Assembly: GCA_022646745.1 (NCBI GenBank) | Contig: CP060262.1 | Span: 2,700,001 to 2,732,000 of the forward strand | Source of the DNA: Planctomycetales bacterium | Lineage (GTDB): Bacteria > 4484-113 > JAFGCY01 | DNA length: 32,000 bases | Direction: 5' to 3' | Part shown: piece after piece, positions 1-9,418 of the stretch | Layout: the number at the start of each line of letters is the position of its first letter | Numbering within the stretch: position 1 is the stretch's first letter | The notes under the pieces: generated by a model | What the model was told of the DNA's origin: nothing | The model's database searches: none | Seen by the model: only the letters and a program-made list of their open reading frames with translations | Program-made: the position numbers and the translations under genes

Positions 1-920
1 TCGATCCGGAAATGCCACTGGACCTGCAGGCCGCTCTGTACATGCAGCTGGCGGTATGCGGCATCTACATGCACAAACATGAAATGGTGCGCAGCACTGC
101 AGAGATCGCCCTGCGCAAGGCCACGGAGTACGGCGACGAAACGCTGGCCCTGCGGGCGGAGACCATGCTTGGAAACGAAGCACTGATGATTGGCGAACTG
201 ACAAGGGCAGTCGGCTTCTATGACAAGGCAATCCAGAGCCGGGACAAGTTTGCCAAGCCATCCAAGCTGGCAGGTACCCTGAGTAATTACGCCATGGCCC
301 TGCACATGCGCGGGGATTACCTTGAAGCGCTTGCCATGTTTGATGAGGCGGTGTCGGTCTGGCAGGAGGCCGAACCGGTGATCAGCATGACTACGGCATG
401 GTTCCTCAAGGCGCGCCTGCATTCGGAATTGATGATGCTGGATGAGGCCTATGAGGCCATTGAGCACTGCCGGGAAGTCTGCAGGCAGATTTCCTTCCGC
501 AAGAGTGCAAACATGTGCATCGCGATCAGTGCTGATCTCAGCAGCATGCAGGACAGACATGAGGAAGCTGTGGCCATGGTGCGGGAAGCGCAGGTTGCAT
601 TTGAAGAGACTCCCAATGTCAGCCCCGAATCCAATGAATGCCTGATCCGGGTGCTCCGCAGGGCAGGACATGTAGAGGAGTCCCGCGCGAGCCTTGAGGA
701 ACTGATGGCGAGGAACATCGATGACCGGTATTCCATCGCACGTCTTTATGTTGAGATGGCCCGCCACCTGATGCTGGATGGAAATGAGGGGGCAGCATGG
801 GACTGTGTGGAAAAGGCCAATGAGCTGTACACCGATATCGGTGCACCGAAAAGGGTTATGAAGGAACTGCCAGGCGAGAGTTACATAGACTTCCACAGCC
901 TGCAGAACCAGTCCAGTTGA
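1..920 (+). CDS. XRE-HTH/TPR-like regulator paralog, 5'-truncated by window edge (only the helical TPR-like part is present)
   Basis: The frame is open from the window edge (phase of nt 3). The translation DPEMPLDLQAALYMQLAVCGIYMHKHEMVRSTAEIALRKATEYGDETL aligns position-for-position with TIDVEMPADLQASLYIKLARCGMYSHKPELVKSSAEIALSRATDAGDESL of the next gene. All-helical repeat composition; TGA at 918-920. Confidence 0.6.
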   Translation, partial: DPEMPLDLQAALYMQLAVCGIYMHKHEMVRSTAEIALRKATEYGDETLALRAETMLGNEALMIGELTRAVGFYDKAIQSRDKFAKPSKLAGTLSNYAMALHMRGDYLEALAMFDEAVSVWQEAEPVISMTTAWFLKARLHSELMMLDEAYEAIEHCREVCRQISFRKSANMCIAISADLSSMQDRHEEAVAMVREAQVAFEETPNVSPESNECLIRVLRRAGHVEESRASLEELMARNIDDRYSIARLYVEMARHLMLDGNEGAAWDCVEKANELYTDIGAPKRVMKELPGESYIDFHSLQNQSS

Positions 921-940
921 TCCAACTGGATAAACGTCAC

Positions 941-949
941 TGATAAAAT
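941..949 (+). promoter_or_regulatory. Candidate extended -10 element TGATAAAAT, 8 nt upstream of ATG 958 (possible leaderless or near-leaderless transcript)
   Basis: TGnTAnAAT match at 941-949. No Shine-Dalgarno in the 8 nt (cttccagc) before the ATG. The same arrangement recurs in front of the next paralog. Confidence 0.3.
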
Positions 950-957
950 CTTCCAGC

Positions 958-2208
958 ATGCAGCGCCAGACGGTATTGCTCAACAATGAAGCACTTTCCC
1001 GCATTATTGCTGAGCGGGAGGTCAAGCAGTGGCTGCTTGCCCGGCGCATTGGCGTTGACCGCAAGACCATCACGCGCTGGATCACCGGAAAGACCCAACG
1101 CATCAGTCGCGACAACATCACCCGCCTCGCTGAAGTGCTGGAGTGCAGTATCGAGGCACTGACGGTGAAGGACACCCTGGAGGCCCTGGGGACCAGGGAG
1201 GATCGCTGGGCTGCAGCGCGGCAGCTTCGTGACAATGACCTGGTGAACATGGTCGGGTCCAGCTATAACTGGGACCTCGCCGAATCCCTGATCCGCAGCA
1301 CGATTGATGTGGAAATGCCAGCCGACCTGCAGGCCTCGCTTTATATAAAACTGGCTCGCTGCGGAATGTATTCCCATAAACCTGAACTGGTAAAGAGCAG
1401 CGCGGAGATTGCGCTAAGCCGTGCAACGGATGCAGGTGATGAATCCCTCATCCTGTATGCCAAGCAACTGCTGGGTACCTATTACCTGATGGTCGGCAAC
1501 ATGGGTGAAGTCATCAGTCGCTATACCGAAGTGCTTAAGGGACGGGAGCATTTCGACAGCGAAACCAGACTTGCTTCAATACTCTGCAATTTCGGGCTGG
1601 CACTATGGTCCATCGCTGAATTCGCCAGGGCAAAGGCCGCCTTCGATGAAGCGATGCCGCTCTGGGAACGGAATGATCCGGTAGTGAGCACAACGACTGC
1701 ATGGTGGCTACGCGCCAAGCTCTACGTAGAACTTTCCATGGTTGACGAGTGCCTGTCTGACATAGTACGTTGTGAGGCAGTTTCGCAGCAGATTAACTAC
1801 GCGAAGTGTTCCAACACGTGTGTGGCCATCAGGGCTGAACTGGCCAGCATTGCGGGTGAGCATGTAAAGGCACTTGAACTTGCTGATGAAGCAAACCGGG
1901 TCTTCAGGGATACTCCGACGGTCAATCCTGCTTCTCTGGAAAGCATTGCCAGGGTCTGGCGCAGGGCGGGTCGTGTTGAGCAGGCGCTGGAGGAGATCAA
2001 CAGGTTGATAGACAGCAAGCATGAGGACCAGTTCCACTATGCCAGGTACCGCCAGGAAAAGGCTCGCACCCTGGTGGCGCTGGGGCGTGAAGCGGAGGCT
2101 TGGCAGGAAATCGAACTTTCCAATGCCGTTTTCCTTGAGTTCGGTGCTCCGCTGCGCATCCTGCATGAATTGCCCGTTGAGTATTACAAGCAGTACCAGC
2201 TTAGCTGA
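958..2208 (+). CDS. Transcriptional regulator, Cro/C1 (XRE)-type HTH N-terminus + TPR-like helical repeat C-terminal domain (RNPP-like architecture)
   Basis: 416-aa ORF. N-terminus MQRQTVLLNNEALSRIIAEREVKQWLLARRIGVDRKTITRWITGKTQRISRDNITRLAEVLE has the XRE HTH pattern. The remaining ~300 aa are helical repeats. Paralogous to 1-920 and 2279-3517. Confidence 0.75.
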   Translation: MQRQTVLLNNEALSRIIAEREVKQWLLARRIGVDRKTITRWITGKTQRISRDNITRLAEVLECSIEALTVKDTLEALGTREDRWAAARQLRDNDLVNMVGSSYNWDLAESLIRSTIDVEMPADLQASLYIKLARCGMYSHKPELVKSSAEIALSRATDAGDESLILYAKQLLGTYYLMVGNMGEVISRYTEVLKGREHFDSETRLASILCNFGLALWSIAEFARAKAAFDEAMPLWERNDPVVSTTTAWWLRAKLYVELSMVDECLSDIVRCEAVSQQINYAKCSNTCVAIRAELASIAGEHVKALELADEANRVFRDTPTVNPASLESIARVWRRAGRVEQALEEINRLIDSKHEDQFHYARYRQEKARTLVALGREAEAWQEIELSNAVFLEFGAPLRILHELPVEYYKQYQLS

Positions 2209-2261
2209 GCGACTTTGCTCATTCTAAGCCAGTTTATTTGAACACGGTATTGAGACCAGCC

Positions 2262-2270
2262 TGATAGAAT
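2262..2270 (+). promoter_or_regulatory. Candidate extended -10 element TGATAGAAT, 8 nt upstream of ATG 2279
   Basis: Same TGATAnAAT-N8-ATG geometry as at 941-960. No SD in the spacer caaatggc. Confidence 0.3.
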
Positions 2271-2278
2271 CAAATGGC

Positions 2279-3517
2279 ATGCAGCGTCAGACGGTCCTGC
2301 TCAACAATGAAGCGCTTTCCCGCATCATCGCCGAGCGCGAGGTCAAGCAGTGGCTGCTGGCCCGCCGGATGGGGATAGACCGCAAGACCATCAGCCGCTG
2401 GCTTTCTGGACGGACACAGCGCATAAGCAAGGAAAACCTGACCAAGCTATGTGACATCCTGGAGATAGGCGAATCCGCGATCTGCGTGATGGACAGGTTG
2501 GAAGCGCTGGGGACACGTGAAGACCGCTGGGAAGCAGCAAGAAAGCTCAGTGATGAGGACCTGGTAGAGATCGTCGGTCCAAGCAATAACTGGGAGCTTG
2601 CGGAAAGCCTGGTCAAATCCACTATCGATCCTGACATGCCTGCCGGCCTGCTGTCCAAGCTTTACCACATGCTCGCGCGTGTTTATCACTACATGCGCCG
2701 GGCGGAGGATTTCAAGCGCTGCTCCGAGATTGCCATCAGATACGCCCAGCAGGCATCGGACGAGTACATGGAACTGCAGGGCCGCCTCTGCCTGTCAACT
2801 TCGCTTCTGATGGTGGCAGACCTGAAGCAGGCTGCCGCCAACTACGAGCAGTGCCTGCTTACCCCTGAACTGTTCACCGCAAAGGCGCTGGCAGCCAGTC
2901 TCTCCAACCTCAGCAGTGCCTATCACCAGCTTGGGGAATTCAGAAAGTCTCTTGACTACTCCAGCCAGGCCCTGAAGGCGTGGTCCAAAGTGGGATCGAA
3001 CATGAGCCATGCGACCGCCTGGTACCTCCGTGCACAGATCCACATCGAACTGAGCATGGCTTCCGAGGCCCGATCCTCGATTGACGAGTGCATCCGCATT
3101 GCCGAAGAAGTGCGCTACCAGCGCATCGTCAACCTGATGCAGCTGATGCGGGCGGACCTGCTGAGTCTGGAAGGCAGGCATGATGACGCGGTTGATGCCG
3201 TCGAACGGGGACTTGCATTGTTGCCAGATACCCCGCGCGTCTCCTACATAACACTGGAGACAGCTGCGCGGCCGATGCGTCGTGCGGGATTGCTGGACCG
3301 CGCTGAAGAGTGCCTGAACATCGAAGTGGATGCAGAGCAGCAGTTCGGCTTTGAGTTGGCAAGCGGAACGATGGAGCGGGCGCGATTGCAACTTGCGCGC
3401 GGCGATGAGGAAGGTGCTATTGAACTTGCCGCCCGGGCGAACCAGTACTTCAGGGATATTGGCGCCGACCTGCGCTGCGTGGACGGTCTGCCCACCGAGC
3501 ATTACCGCCGGCTCTGA
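2279..3517 (+). CDS. Transcriptional regulator, XRE-type HTH + TPR-like domain (third tandem paralog)
   Basis: 412-aa ORF. The first ~115 aa are nearly identical in protein to gene 958-2208 (MQRQTVLLNNEALSRIIAEREVKQWLLARRMGIDRKTISRWLSGRTQRISKENLTKL...), while the C-terminal helical domain is strongly diverged. Confidence 0.75.
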   Translation: MQRQTVLLNNEALSRIIAEREVKQWLLARRMGIDRKTISRWLSGRTQRISKENLTKLCDILEIGESAICVMDRLEALGTREDRWEAARKLSDEDLVEIVGPSNNWELAESLVKSTIDPDMPAGLLSKLYHMLARVYHYMRRAEDFKRCSEIAIRYAQQASDEYMELQGRLCLSTSLLMVADLKQAAANYEQCLLTPELFTAKALAASLSNLSSAYHQLGEFRKSLDYSSQALKAWSKVGSNMSHATAWYLRAQIHIELSMASEARSSIDECIRIAEEVRYQRIVNLMQLMRADLLSLEGRHDDAVDAVERGLALLPDTPRVSYITLETAARPMRRAGLLDRAEECLNIEVDAEQQFGFELASGTMERARLQLARGDEEGAIELAARANQYFRDIGADLRCVDGLPTEHYRRL

Positions 3518-3537
3518 TCCTCGGCTAACATTTCCGG

Positions 3538-4551
3538 ATGAAACTGCGAGAGAAGATCGGCCAGCTCCTGATGCTTGGCAGTGATCGAGAGGATCCAACA
3601 GGCTTCGTTGAACAACTGGCCCAGCTGCGCGCCGGTGGTGCTGTGCTGTTCAGCAGGGACATCAAGGATGCCCAGCAGCTGAGGGCACTTAATGACTCGA
3701 TCTCTGAACGCGTGGAGTTTGCCTGCGGTATCCGGCCCTACATAGCGATTGACCAGGAAGGTGGCCGGGTGGCCCGCCTCCGTGGTGATCTATGCCCCGC
3801 ACTCCCGGCAAACGAGGTTCATGGCGAGCTGTTCGAATCAGATCCCTCCGCAGCGATCAGGGCAGTTGAGGAACAGGCTAGCCTGACTGCCCGGGTGATG
3901 CTGGACCTGCACCTGAACATGAACCTCGCCCCTGTCTGCGACGTACTTAAAGCCAAGGAAAGCGAAGTGCTGGCTTCGCGCTGCTACTCATCTGATACCG
4001 AGACCGTGAGCCGCCTGGCCAGTGCCTATGCAGCCCAGTTGCAGAAATCAGGAGTGGCAGCCTGCGCCAAGCATTTCCCGGGGCATGGAGGAACGGTGGT
4101 TGATTCACACTTGCACCTCCCGGTCGTTGATACGGGACTGGAGGAACTGGAACAGGTGCAGCTGCCACCATTCAAACGACTGATCGATGAAGGTGTTGCA
4201 GCAGTAATGACTGCACACATCGTATTCAGCCGCTTTGACAGCCAGCCAGCCACCATGTCAAAGGTGTTCGTTAAGGACCTGTTGCTGGATTCCATGCGGC
4301 ACCGGGGGATGGTGCTTACCGATGACATGATGATGGGGGCGGTGATGAATGAGACACCGGTGCCTGACGCCTGCCTGCAGGCGCTTCAGGCAGGTATCAG
4401 CCTGCTGCTCATCTGCTCCAGTCCGGCTGACCAGACGGCGACAGTAGAGCGGATCATCCAGGCGGTGAACGATGGTGAACTGTCTGAGGAAGAGATCGAC
4501 CTATCTGTGGAACGCAATCTGGCCATGAAGCGCCTGTTTGGACTTATCTGA
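3538..4551 (+). CDS. nagZ: Glycoside hydrolase family 3 beta-N-acetylhexosaminidase (NagZ-like)
   Basis: 337 aa, the typical size of single-domain NagZ. GH3 signatures present: IGQLLMLG, IAIDQEGGRVARL, KHFPGHGGTVVDSHLHLPVV, GMVLTDDMMMGA. Confidence 0.8.
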   Translation: MKLREKIGQLLMLGSDREDPTGFVEQLAQLRAGGAVLFSRDIKDAQQLRALNDSISERVEFACGIRPYIAIDQEGGRVARLRGDLCPALPANEVHGELFESDPSAAIRAVEEQASLTARVMLDLHLNMNLAPVCDVLKAKESEVLASRCYSSDTETVSRLASAYAAQLQKSGVAACAKHFPGHGGTVVDSHLHLPVVDTGLEELEQVQLPPFKRLIDEGVAAVMTAHIVFSRFDSQPATMSKVFVKDLLLDSMRHRGMVLTDDMMMGAVMNETPVPDACLQALQAGISLLLICSSPADQTATVERIIQAVNDGELSEEEIDLSVERNLAMKRLFGLI

Positions 4552-4598
4552 CTTGCTGACCTGTTTCGCCATTTGATGTCAGATTGTAATATTTTCAG

Positions 4599-5876
4599 GT
4601 GAATATCCCCCGACAGATCATCGCCACTGCGGTCTGCTGCGCCAGCCTCGTCCTGGCCACCCTGCAGCAGGCCATGGCGGTTACCCGCCCGGACATCGAG
4701 TTTGCCCCGCGTACCTACCAGTGCGTCAAGGCCTACGCAAGCCCAGTGATTGACGGCCTCAATGAGGACGTAGCGTGGAAGAACGCCGGCTGGAGTGAAT
4801 ACTTTGTGGATATCACCGGCGATGAAGAACTTGAACCTTACCTGCCGACGAGGTTCAAGATGCTCTGGGATGACCGCGCCCTCTATCTGTACGCGGAGAT
4901 CGCGGAACCCAATATCCAGGGTAGTCTGACGGACCGCGACAGCGTGATCTACCACGACAACGACTTCGAGCTGTTCATCGACCCTGATGCTGACAATCAC
5001 CTGTATGCCGAGCTGGAAGTCAATGCTCTGGGGACCGTCTGGGATCTGCTGCTGGACCGTCCCTACCGTGATGGCGGTGAGGGAATCGATGGCTGGGACA
5101 TCAAGGGGCTCGAGCTCGCCGTCAGCCTGGACGGTACTGTCAACGATGCCAGTGATGTTGACCAGGGCTGGAGCGTGGAGCTCGCCATTCCCTGGGATGC
5201 TCTGGCGGAGCTGACCGGTGGTGCCTCACCACCTGAAACCGGTGACCGCTGGAAAATCAATTTCTCGCGTGTGCAGTACCACGTCACCGTTGACAACGGT
5301 GAATACCTGCGGGACCAGGATGGCAATGGCCAGCCGCTTGACCCGGAGAACTGGGTCTGGAGCCCGCAGGGGGTCGTGGCGATGCACTGTCCGGAGATGT
5401 GGGGTGTGGTCGAGTTCGCCGGCGGCATCGTCGTGCCCGGCAAGCCTGAGCTAAACAGCGAGGAATATGCACGGCAGGCCCTGATGTGCATGTACTACTG
5501 GCAGCGTGATTACCATGATGAGCATGGTGAGTATTCTGGCCGTAAGGTCGAGCGCTGGTATGCGGACTATCCGCTGCCAGATGTTGACAACTTCCGCGAA
5601 TGGCTTGTACAGGACGCGATCTGGGCATCCCCTTCGCAGTTCCGCTTTTCGATGTCAAATGGTGAGCGAACGCTTAGCGTTGACGAAACAGGCAGGGTCA
5701 GCAGCTTCAACGGCCCGCTGCGTCCGGTCGAATATGAGGAGATTCCAGAAGATGAACTGAAGGCTCCCGAGCTTGAGTCCGAAGTTGGCCCGCCCGAAGC
5801 AACCGAAGCTGAAGAGGAAGCTGCACGCTCCAGCACTGATGGAAGGGAAACCCCGCCGGAAGGTGATGGCAGCTAG
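4599..5876 (+). CDS. Secreted carbohydrate-binding family 9 (CBM9)-like protein with acidic C-terminal tail
   Basis: GTG start. Signal peptide MNIPRQIIATAVCCASLVLATLQQAMA. The stretch VIDGLNEDVAWKNAGWSEYFVDITG...RFKMLWDDRALYLYAEIAEPNI...HDNDFELFIDPDADNHLYAELEVNALGTVWD matches the CBM9-like pattern as I remember it. Confidence 0.6.
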   Translation: MNIPRQIIATAVCCASLVLATLQQAMAVTRPDIEFAPRTYQCVKAYASPVIDGLNEDVAWKNAGWSEYFVDITGDEELEPYLPTRFKMLWDDRALYLYAEIAEPNIQGSLTDRDSVIYHDNDFELFIDPDADNHLYAELEVNALGTVWDLLLDRPYRDGGEGIDGWDIKGLELAVSLDGTVNDASDVDQGWSVELAIPWDALAELTGGASPPETGDRWKINFSRVQYHVTVDNGEYLRDQDGNGQPLDPENWVWSPQGVVAMHCPEMWGVVEFAGGIVVPGKPELNSEEYARQALMCMYYWQRDYHDEHGEYSGRKVERWYADYPLPDVDNFREWLVQDAIWASPSQFRFSMSNGERTLSVDETGRVSSFNGPLRPVEYEEIPEDELKAPELESEVGPPEATEAEEEAARSSTDGRETPPEGDGS

Positions 5877-7753
5877 ATCAGCGGGACAGTCAGCTCATCA
5901 ATCCAGTAGATGTCAAAGCCCTCAATGCTGCCTTCACGATGCAGGCGGCCCTGCACGAAGATGATCTGTTCCTGCACAAGCTGTGATGGAGAGATCTGGA
6001 TGAACTGTTCCGGGTTGAGTGTGGCCTTCCTGAATTCACTGAGCTCAGTGAACTTGAGGAACACCGAATCAACCGGTAGCTCCAGTTCAGGTACCGGCAC
6101 GCCGTCGAGGCTCAATGACTGGACACGCGCCACCACGTAACCTTCCTCGGTATTAATGCTGTCCAGGATGTCAATCTTGGCCATCATCTGGTAATTGGCC
6201 TTGTTGAATGCCAGGCTGCGTGTTTCAAGGTAGCGGCGGCGCAGCAGGTTGGAGCTGATCCCCCATGGTTCCTGGTCAGGCTTGCCATCCTGCAGGCGTA
6301 CGTCATCCTCGAAGGCTCCCGGGAAATCAGTCGAAAAGTCCTCAGTGTTGCGGCTGAGGAAGCCGTCGTCATATTCCTGCACAAGCGGATGGCCGAGCAG
6401 TCCGTCAATTCCAGTGAAGGTTGTCAGTCCGATCACTTTGAACTCATTCACCTTGCTGACCTGCAGGTTGAAGGAGAATGACTGCTGTTCCAGCTGGGCT
6501 CCATCCGGCAGCATGTATACATTCACGACCGGCTCCAGGTCCCAGAAACTGTCGATCGGCGAGCCATCGGGCGGGTCAATCAGGGTTTCCGACGCCAGGT
6601 CTCGTGTTGGCAGGAAGGCCAGCGCAACCGCCACAGGCCTGTTCAGTGGCAGGTCATACACTTCCGCACCATTGCCGGTCAGCAATGTGTTGCCGATTTC
6701 GGCGGAGCTCGGTATCTCACCCGGCAGGATCCGTCGCAGGGGCTCCAGCTGGTCTATGTCCAGCATAGACACTGCATAGCGACCCTCTCCGAAAGGTCCC
6801 GAATTGCCGGAGCCGTCCAGGTCATAGAACTCCGTTTCCGGCAGCTGCATGTCTATGTTCATGTGCAGGTTGTACTGCGAGCTGACAACCGGATTGGTGG
6901 AGACGCCGTCCACCAGCTCGACATTGCGGGGCACAACGGTCACGTTGTCATTGATCGTACCTGTGTATTCGATTGAATAGGTGTTAGGCAAACCGATGCG
7001 GGGATTACTTTCCCCGCGTGTTAGGGTCAGCCCGTCGGCATCAGGGTCCAGCAAGGTGTCATTGATACTGATCGCATAGCCTGCCACCTGGCTGCCGTAG
7101 TTCTGACCGATCACGCTGATGTCGGCAACTGTCACCGTCCCGTCCTGGTTGCCATCCACCCAGAACTCCGTGAGCAGGGGCGCTTCTGGGTCAGCCTGGT
7201 CATAACTCTGTTCAAGGCTGCGGGCAATGCCGACGATGTCTGAAATGTTCGCTTCACCATTGAAGTCGTAATCCCCGCGGTTGACCTCGCTCCAGTGCAA
7301 AGCATACTCACCGTTGCCAAGGCCGGTGGCCTGCAGGTCGATCAGCTTGTTGATGTCTCCACTGGGTGCATCGCTTGTCCGCCTGGAACGCGCTGGCGCA
7401 ATAGAGATATCCAGCCTGACATCGCGGCGGACGGAGCCGGGGCAGGCACAGGCTCCGACATGCAGCTCGCCCTCATGCACCACGCTCAGGTGTATCAGGC
7501 CATCGTCACCGGACCAGTTCTCCGTGGCGATACCAAGTCCTTCGTCCAGGGGAATGTGAGTGAAGCTGCCGGCCTCATCTACCAGCGGGAATCTGACTTC
7601 ATATCCGTCAGCATGGCGAATCACGCGTGGTTCCATGTCTGGCAGGGTCTCTTCTGGTTGTGGAGCCGCATTCGACCTGCAACTGGAAAGCGAGACACAG
7701 ATTGCCAATGCAGCCAGGATTGCCGCAGTGCTGATTTTTTCTTTCAGTATCAT
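5873..7753 (-). CDS. Lipoprotein with dockerin-type (EF-hand-like) calcium-binding repeat pair
   Basis: 626 aa. Lipobox MILKEKISTAAILAALAICVSLSS/C. Dockerin-like pair DFNGEANISDIVGIARSL ... DGNQDGTVTVADISVIGQNYG (about nt 7095-7280). SD AGGAAG upstream. Its ATG overlaps the upstream gene's stop (ATGA, 7750-7753). Confidence 0.65.
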   Translation of the reverse strand: MILKEKISTAAILAALAICVSLSSCRSNAAPQPEETLPDMEPRVIRHADGYEVRFPLVDEAGSFTHIPLDEGLGIATENWSGDDGLIHLSVVHEGELHVGACACPGSVRRDVRLDISIAPARSRRTSDAPSGDINKLIDLQATGLGNGEYALHWSEVNRGDYDFNGEANISDIVGIARSLEQSYDQADPEAPLLTEFWVDGNQDGTVTVADISVIGQNYGSQVAGYAISINDTLLDPDADGLTLTRGESNPRIGLPNTYSIEYTGTINDNVTVVPRNVELVDGVSTNPVVSSQYNLHMNIDMQLPETEFYDLDGSGNSGPFGEGRYAVSMLDIDQLEPLRRILPGEIPSSAEIGNTLLTGNGAEVYDLPLNRPVAVALAFLPTRDLASETLIDPPDGSPIDSFWDLEPVVNVYMLPDGAQLEQQSFSFNLQVSKVNEFKVIGLTTFTGIDGLLGHPLVQEYDDGFLSRNTEDFSTDFPGAFEDDVRLQDGKPDQEPWGISSNLLRRRYLETRSLAFNKANYQMMAKIDILDSINTEEGYVVARVQSLSLDGVPVPELELPVDSVFLKFTELSEFRKATLNPEQFIQISPSQLVQEQIIFVQGRLHREGSIEGFDIYWIDELTVPLI

Positions 7754-9321
7754 GATCTTCCTGGCTCCAGCAGTGATGGATCCCCGCTGACCCGCTTGAT
7801 CAGGTCACACAGGATCGGGATACCCTGTTGTATCTCCTCAACCGGACAACGAGAGAATGACAGCCGCAGGGCATTGCTGTCCTTCTTGCCCGGTGTGCAG
7901 TAGCTGGCTGGCAGGAAATCAACTCCCGCTTCGTGCGCCAGCTTCAGCAGCGGTACGCTCATTATATTTTGCGGCAGGTTGAGCCAGATGCTGAAGCCGC
8001 CATCCGGCTTTAAGTAGCTGCAGCCCTCCGGCAGGTTGGCATCCAGGCTGGCAATCATCGCATGCCAACGCTTCCTGTATTCACGTGTGGTCTTGCGGAT
8101 GTGCTTGTTGTAGTAGCCCTTGCTGATGAACTCATGCAGCAGGGCCTGCAGGAAGTAGCTGTCAGCGTTGTCACTGCCGAGCTTGGCGCAGACCAGTGGC
8201 ACGCTCAGCCCAGCCGGGCAGGTGATCCAGCCGATGCGCAGGCCTGGCAGCAGGCTCTTGCTGTAGGTGCCGATGTGGATCACGTAGCCACCGGGGTCCA
8301 TTGCCTTCAGCAGGGGTGGGGATTCACCGCCGTAACGCAGCTGCCTGCCCCAGTCATCCTCGATTATCGGGACGCGGTGCCGGGCCGCCAGCTTGATCAG
8401 GTGCTCCCTGCGCTCAAGTGACATGGTGACCCCGGTTGGGTTGTGGAAGGTCGGGATCGTGATCACTGCCTTGACCTCGCCACGGTTCAGCACCGTTGCC
8501 AGGTAGTCCGTGTCCATTCCGTTCTCGTCGACCGGGATCGGTTCAATCTCTATCCGTTCAGCCAGCAGGAAGTTGAGGATTCCCGTATAGCAGGGAGATT
8601 CGACAGCAACCTTCTGGCCGGGGTTCAAAAGCAGGCGCAGGATCAGGCTCATGCCACGCTGGAAACCGCCGGTCAGGATGATGTCATTCTCATTCTCAGC
8701 CATCGGCACGCCGGCCAGCGCCATTTCCTTCTCGAGGTGCTCAACCAGCGGCAGGAAGCCCTGTGGGTGCCCGAGGTCGAAGAAATGCTCCTTCGGACTC
8801 CAGAGCATGTTGCTTGTGACCTGCTTGATGCGGTTGAAGGGGAACAGGGCGGGGTCAGGGTTCCCGATGGAGAAGCGGATCATGGATTCACGCTTAGGTG
8901 GCGGCGGCACAAGGAAGAAGTCGGTGCGGAATTGATATGGCTCCCAGCGCATTTCCGGCAGTTGATCAAGTTCCCCGAACATCTCCGCCCGGGTTCCGAG
9001 GTTTGTGCCAGTGGCCCGGCGCGGCATGCCGGTCACGAAGGTCCCGCTGCCGTGCCTGGACTCGATGAAGTTGATCGCCTCCAGTTCCTCGTATGCGGTT
9101 TGCACAGTGGCCAGGGAGACCCCGAGCTGGCGTGACAGCGAGCGGACGCTGGGCAGCTTGCTGCCCGCTTCCAGTAATCCGTCTTCCACCAGCCTCACGA
9201 TCTGCTCGTGAATCTGCTGATAGACAGGTGTACTGCTGTCTTTATCAATTTTCAGTTGCACTGTATTGATGAATCTTACACCCGGGTTAAGTTTTGCCAT
9301 ACAGTGTCCAGGGCTGTACAT
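7750..9321 (-). CDS. MocR/GabR/PdxR-type transcriptional regulator (GntR winged-HTH fused to a PLP-dependent aminotransferase fold)
   Basis: 523 aa. N-terminus PVYQQIHEQIVRLVEDGLLEAGSKLPSVRSLSRQLGVSLATVQTAYEELEAINFIESRHGSGTFV is a GntR HTH. The C-terminal ~400 aa are fold-type-I aminotransferase-like with a probable PLP-lysine in YSKSLLPGLRIGW. The start could alternatively be ATG 9300. Confidence 0.8.
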   Translation of the reverse strand: MYSPGHCMAKLNPGVRFINTVQLKIDKDSSTPVYQQIHEQIVRLVEDGLLEAGSKLPSVRSLSRQLGVSLATVQTAYEELEAINFIESRHGSGTFVTGMPRRATGTNLGTRAEMFGELDQLPEMRWEPYQFRTDFFLVPPPPKRESMIRFSIGNPDPALFPFNRIKQVTSNMLWSPKEHFFDLGHPQGFLPLVEHLEKEMALAGVPMAENENDIILTGGFQRGMSLILRLLLNPGQKVAVESPCYTGILNFLLAERIEIEPIPVDENGMDTDYLATVLNRGEVKAVITIPTFHNPTGVTMSLERREHLIKLAARHRVPIIEDDWGRQLRYGGESPPLLKAMDPGGYVIHIGTYSKSLLPGLRIGWITCPAGLSVPLVCAKLGSDNADSYFLQALLHEFISKGYYNKHIRKTTREYRKRWHAMIASLDANLPEGCSYLKPDGGFSIWLNLPQNIMSVPLLKLAHEAGVDFLPASYCTPGKKDSNALRLSFSRCPVEEIQQGIPILCDLIKRVSGDPSLLEPGRS

Positions 9322-9418
9322 TCACTTCCGGGTGCCCCTCAGCTCAGTTCAGATCTTAACAGGCTTTGGACCCAAAGCCAATCCCTGTAGTAGGGATATG
9401 CAGGTGTATGGCGAAAAT

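Noticed and set aside
2795-3598. 267-aa minus-strand ORF; likewise 4386-5000 (-), 8443-9135 (+) and 31203-31820 (-)
   Set aside because: Each is antisense to a gene with strong family signatures (HTH-TPR paralog, CBM9-like, MocR, clpP). These are shadow ORFs.
5873-5876. Convergent genes overlap by 4 nt, sharing stop codons in the palindrome CTAG
   Set aside because: It is a real but trivial coincidence of TAG stops on both strands. It only implies that no intergenic terminator exists there.
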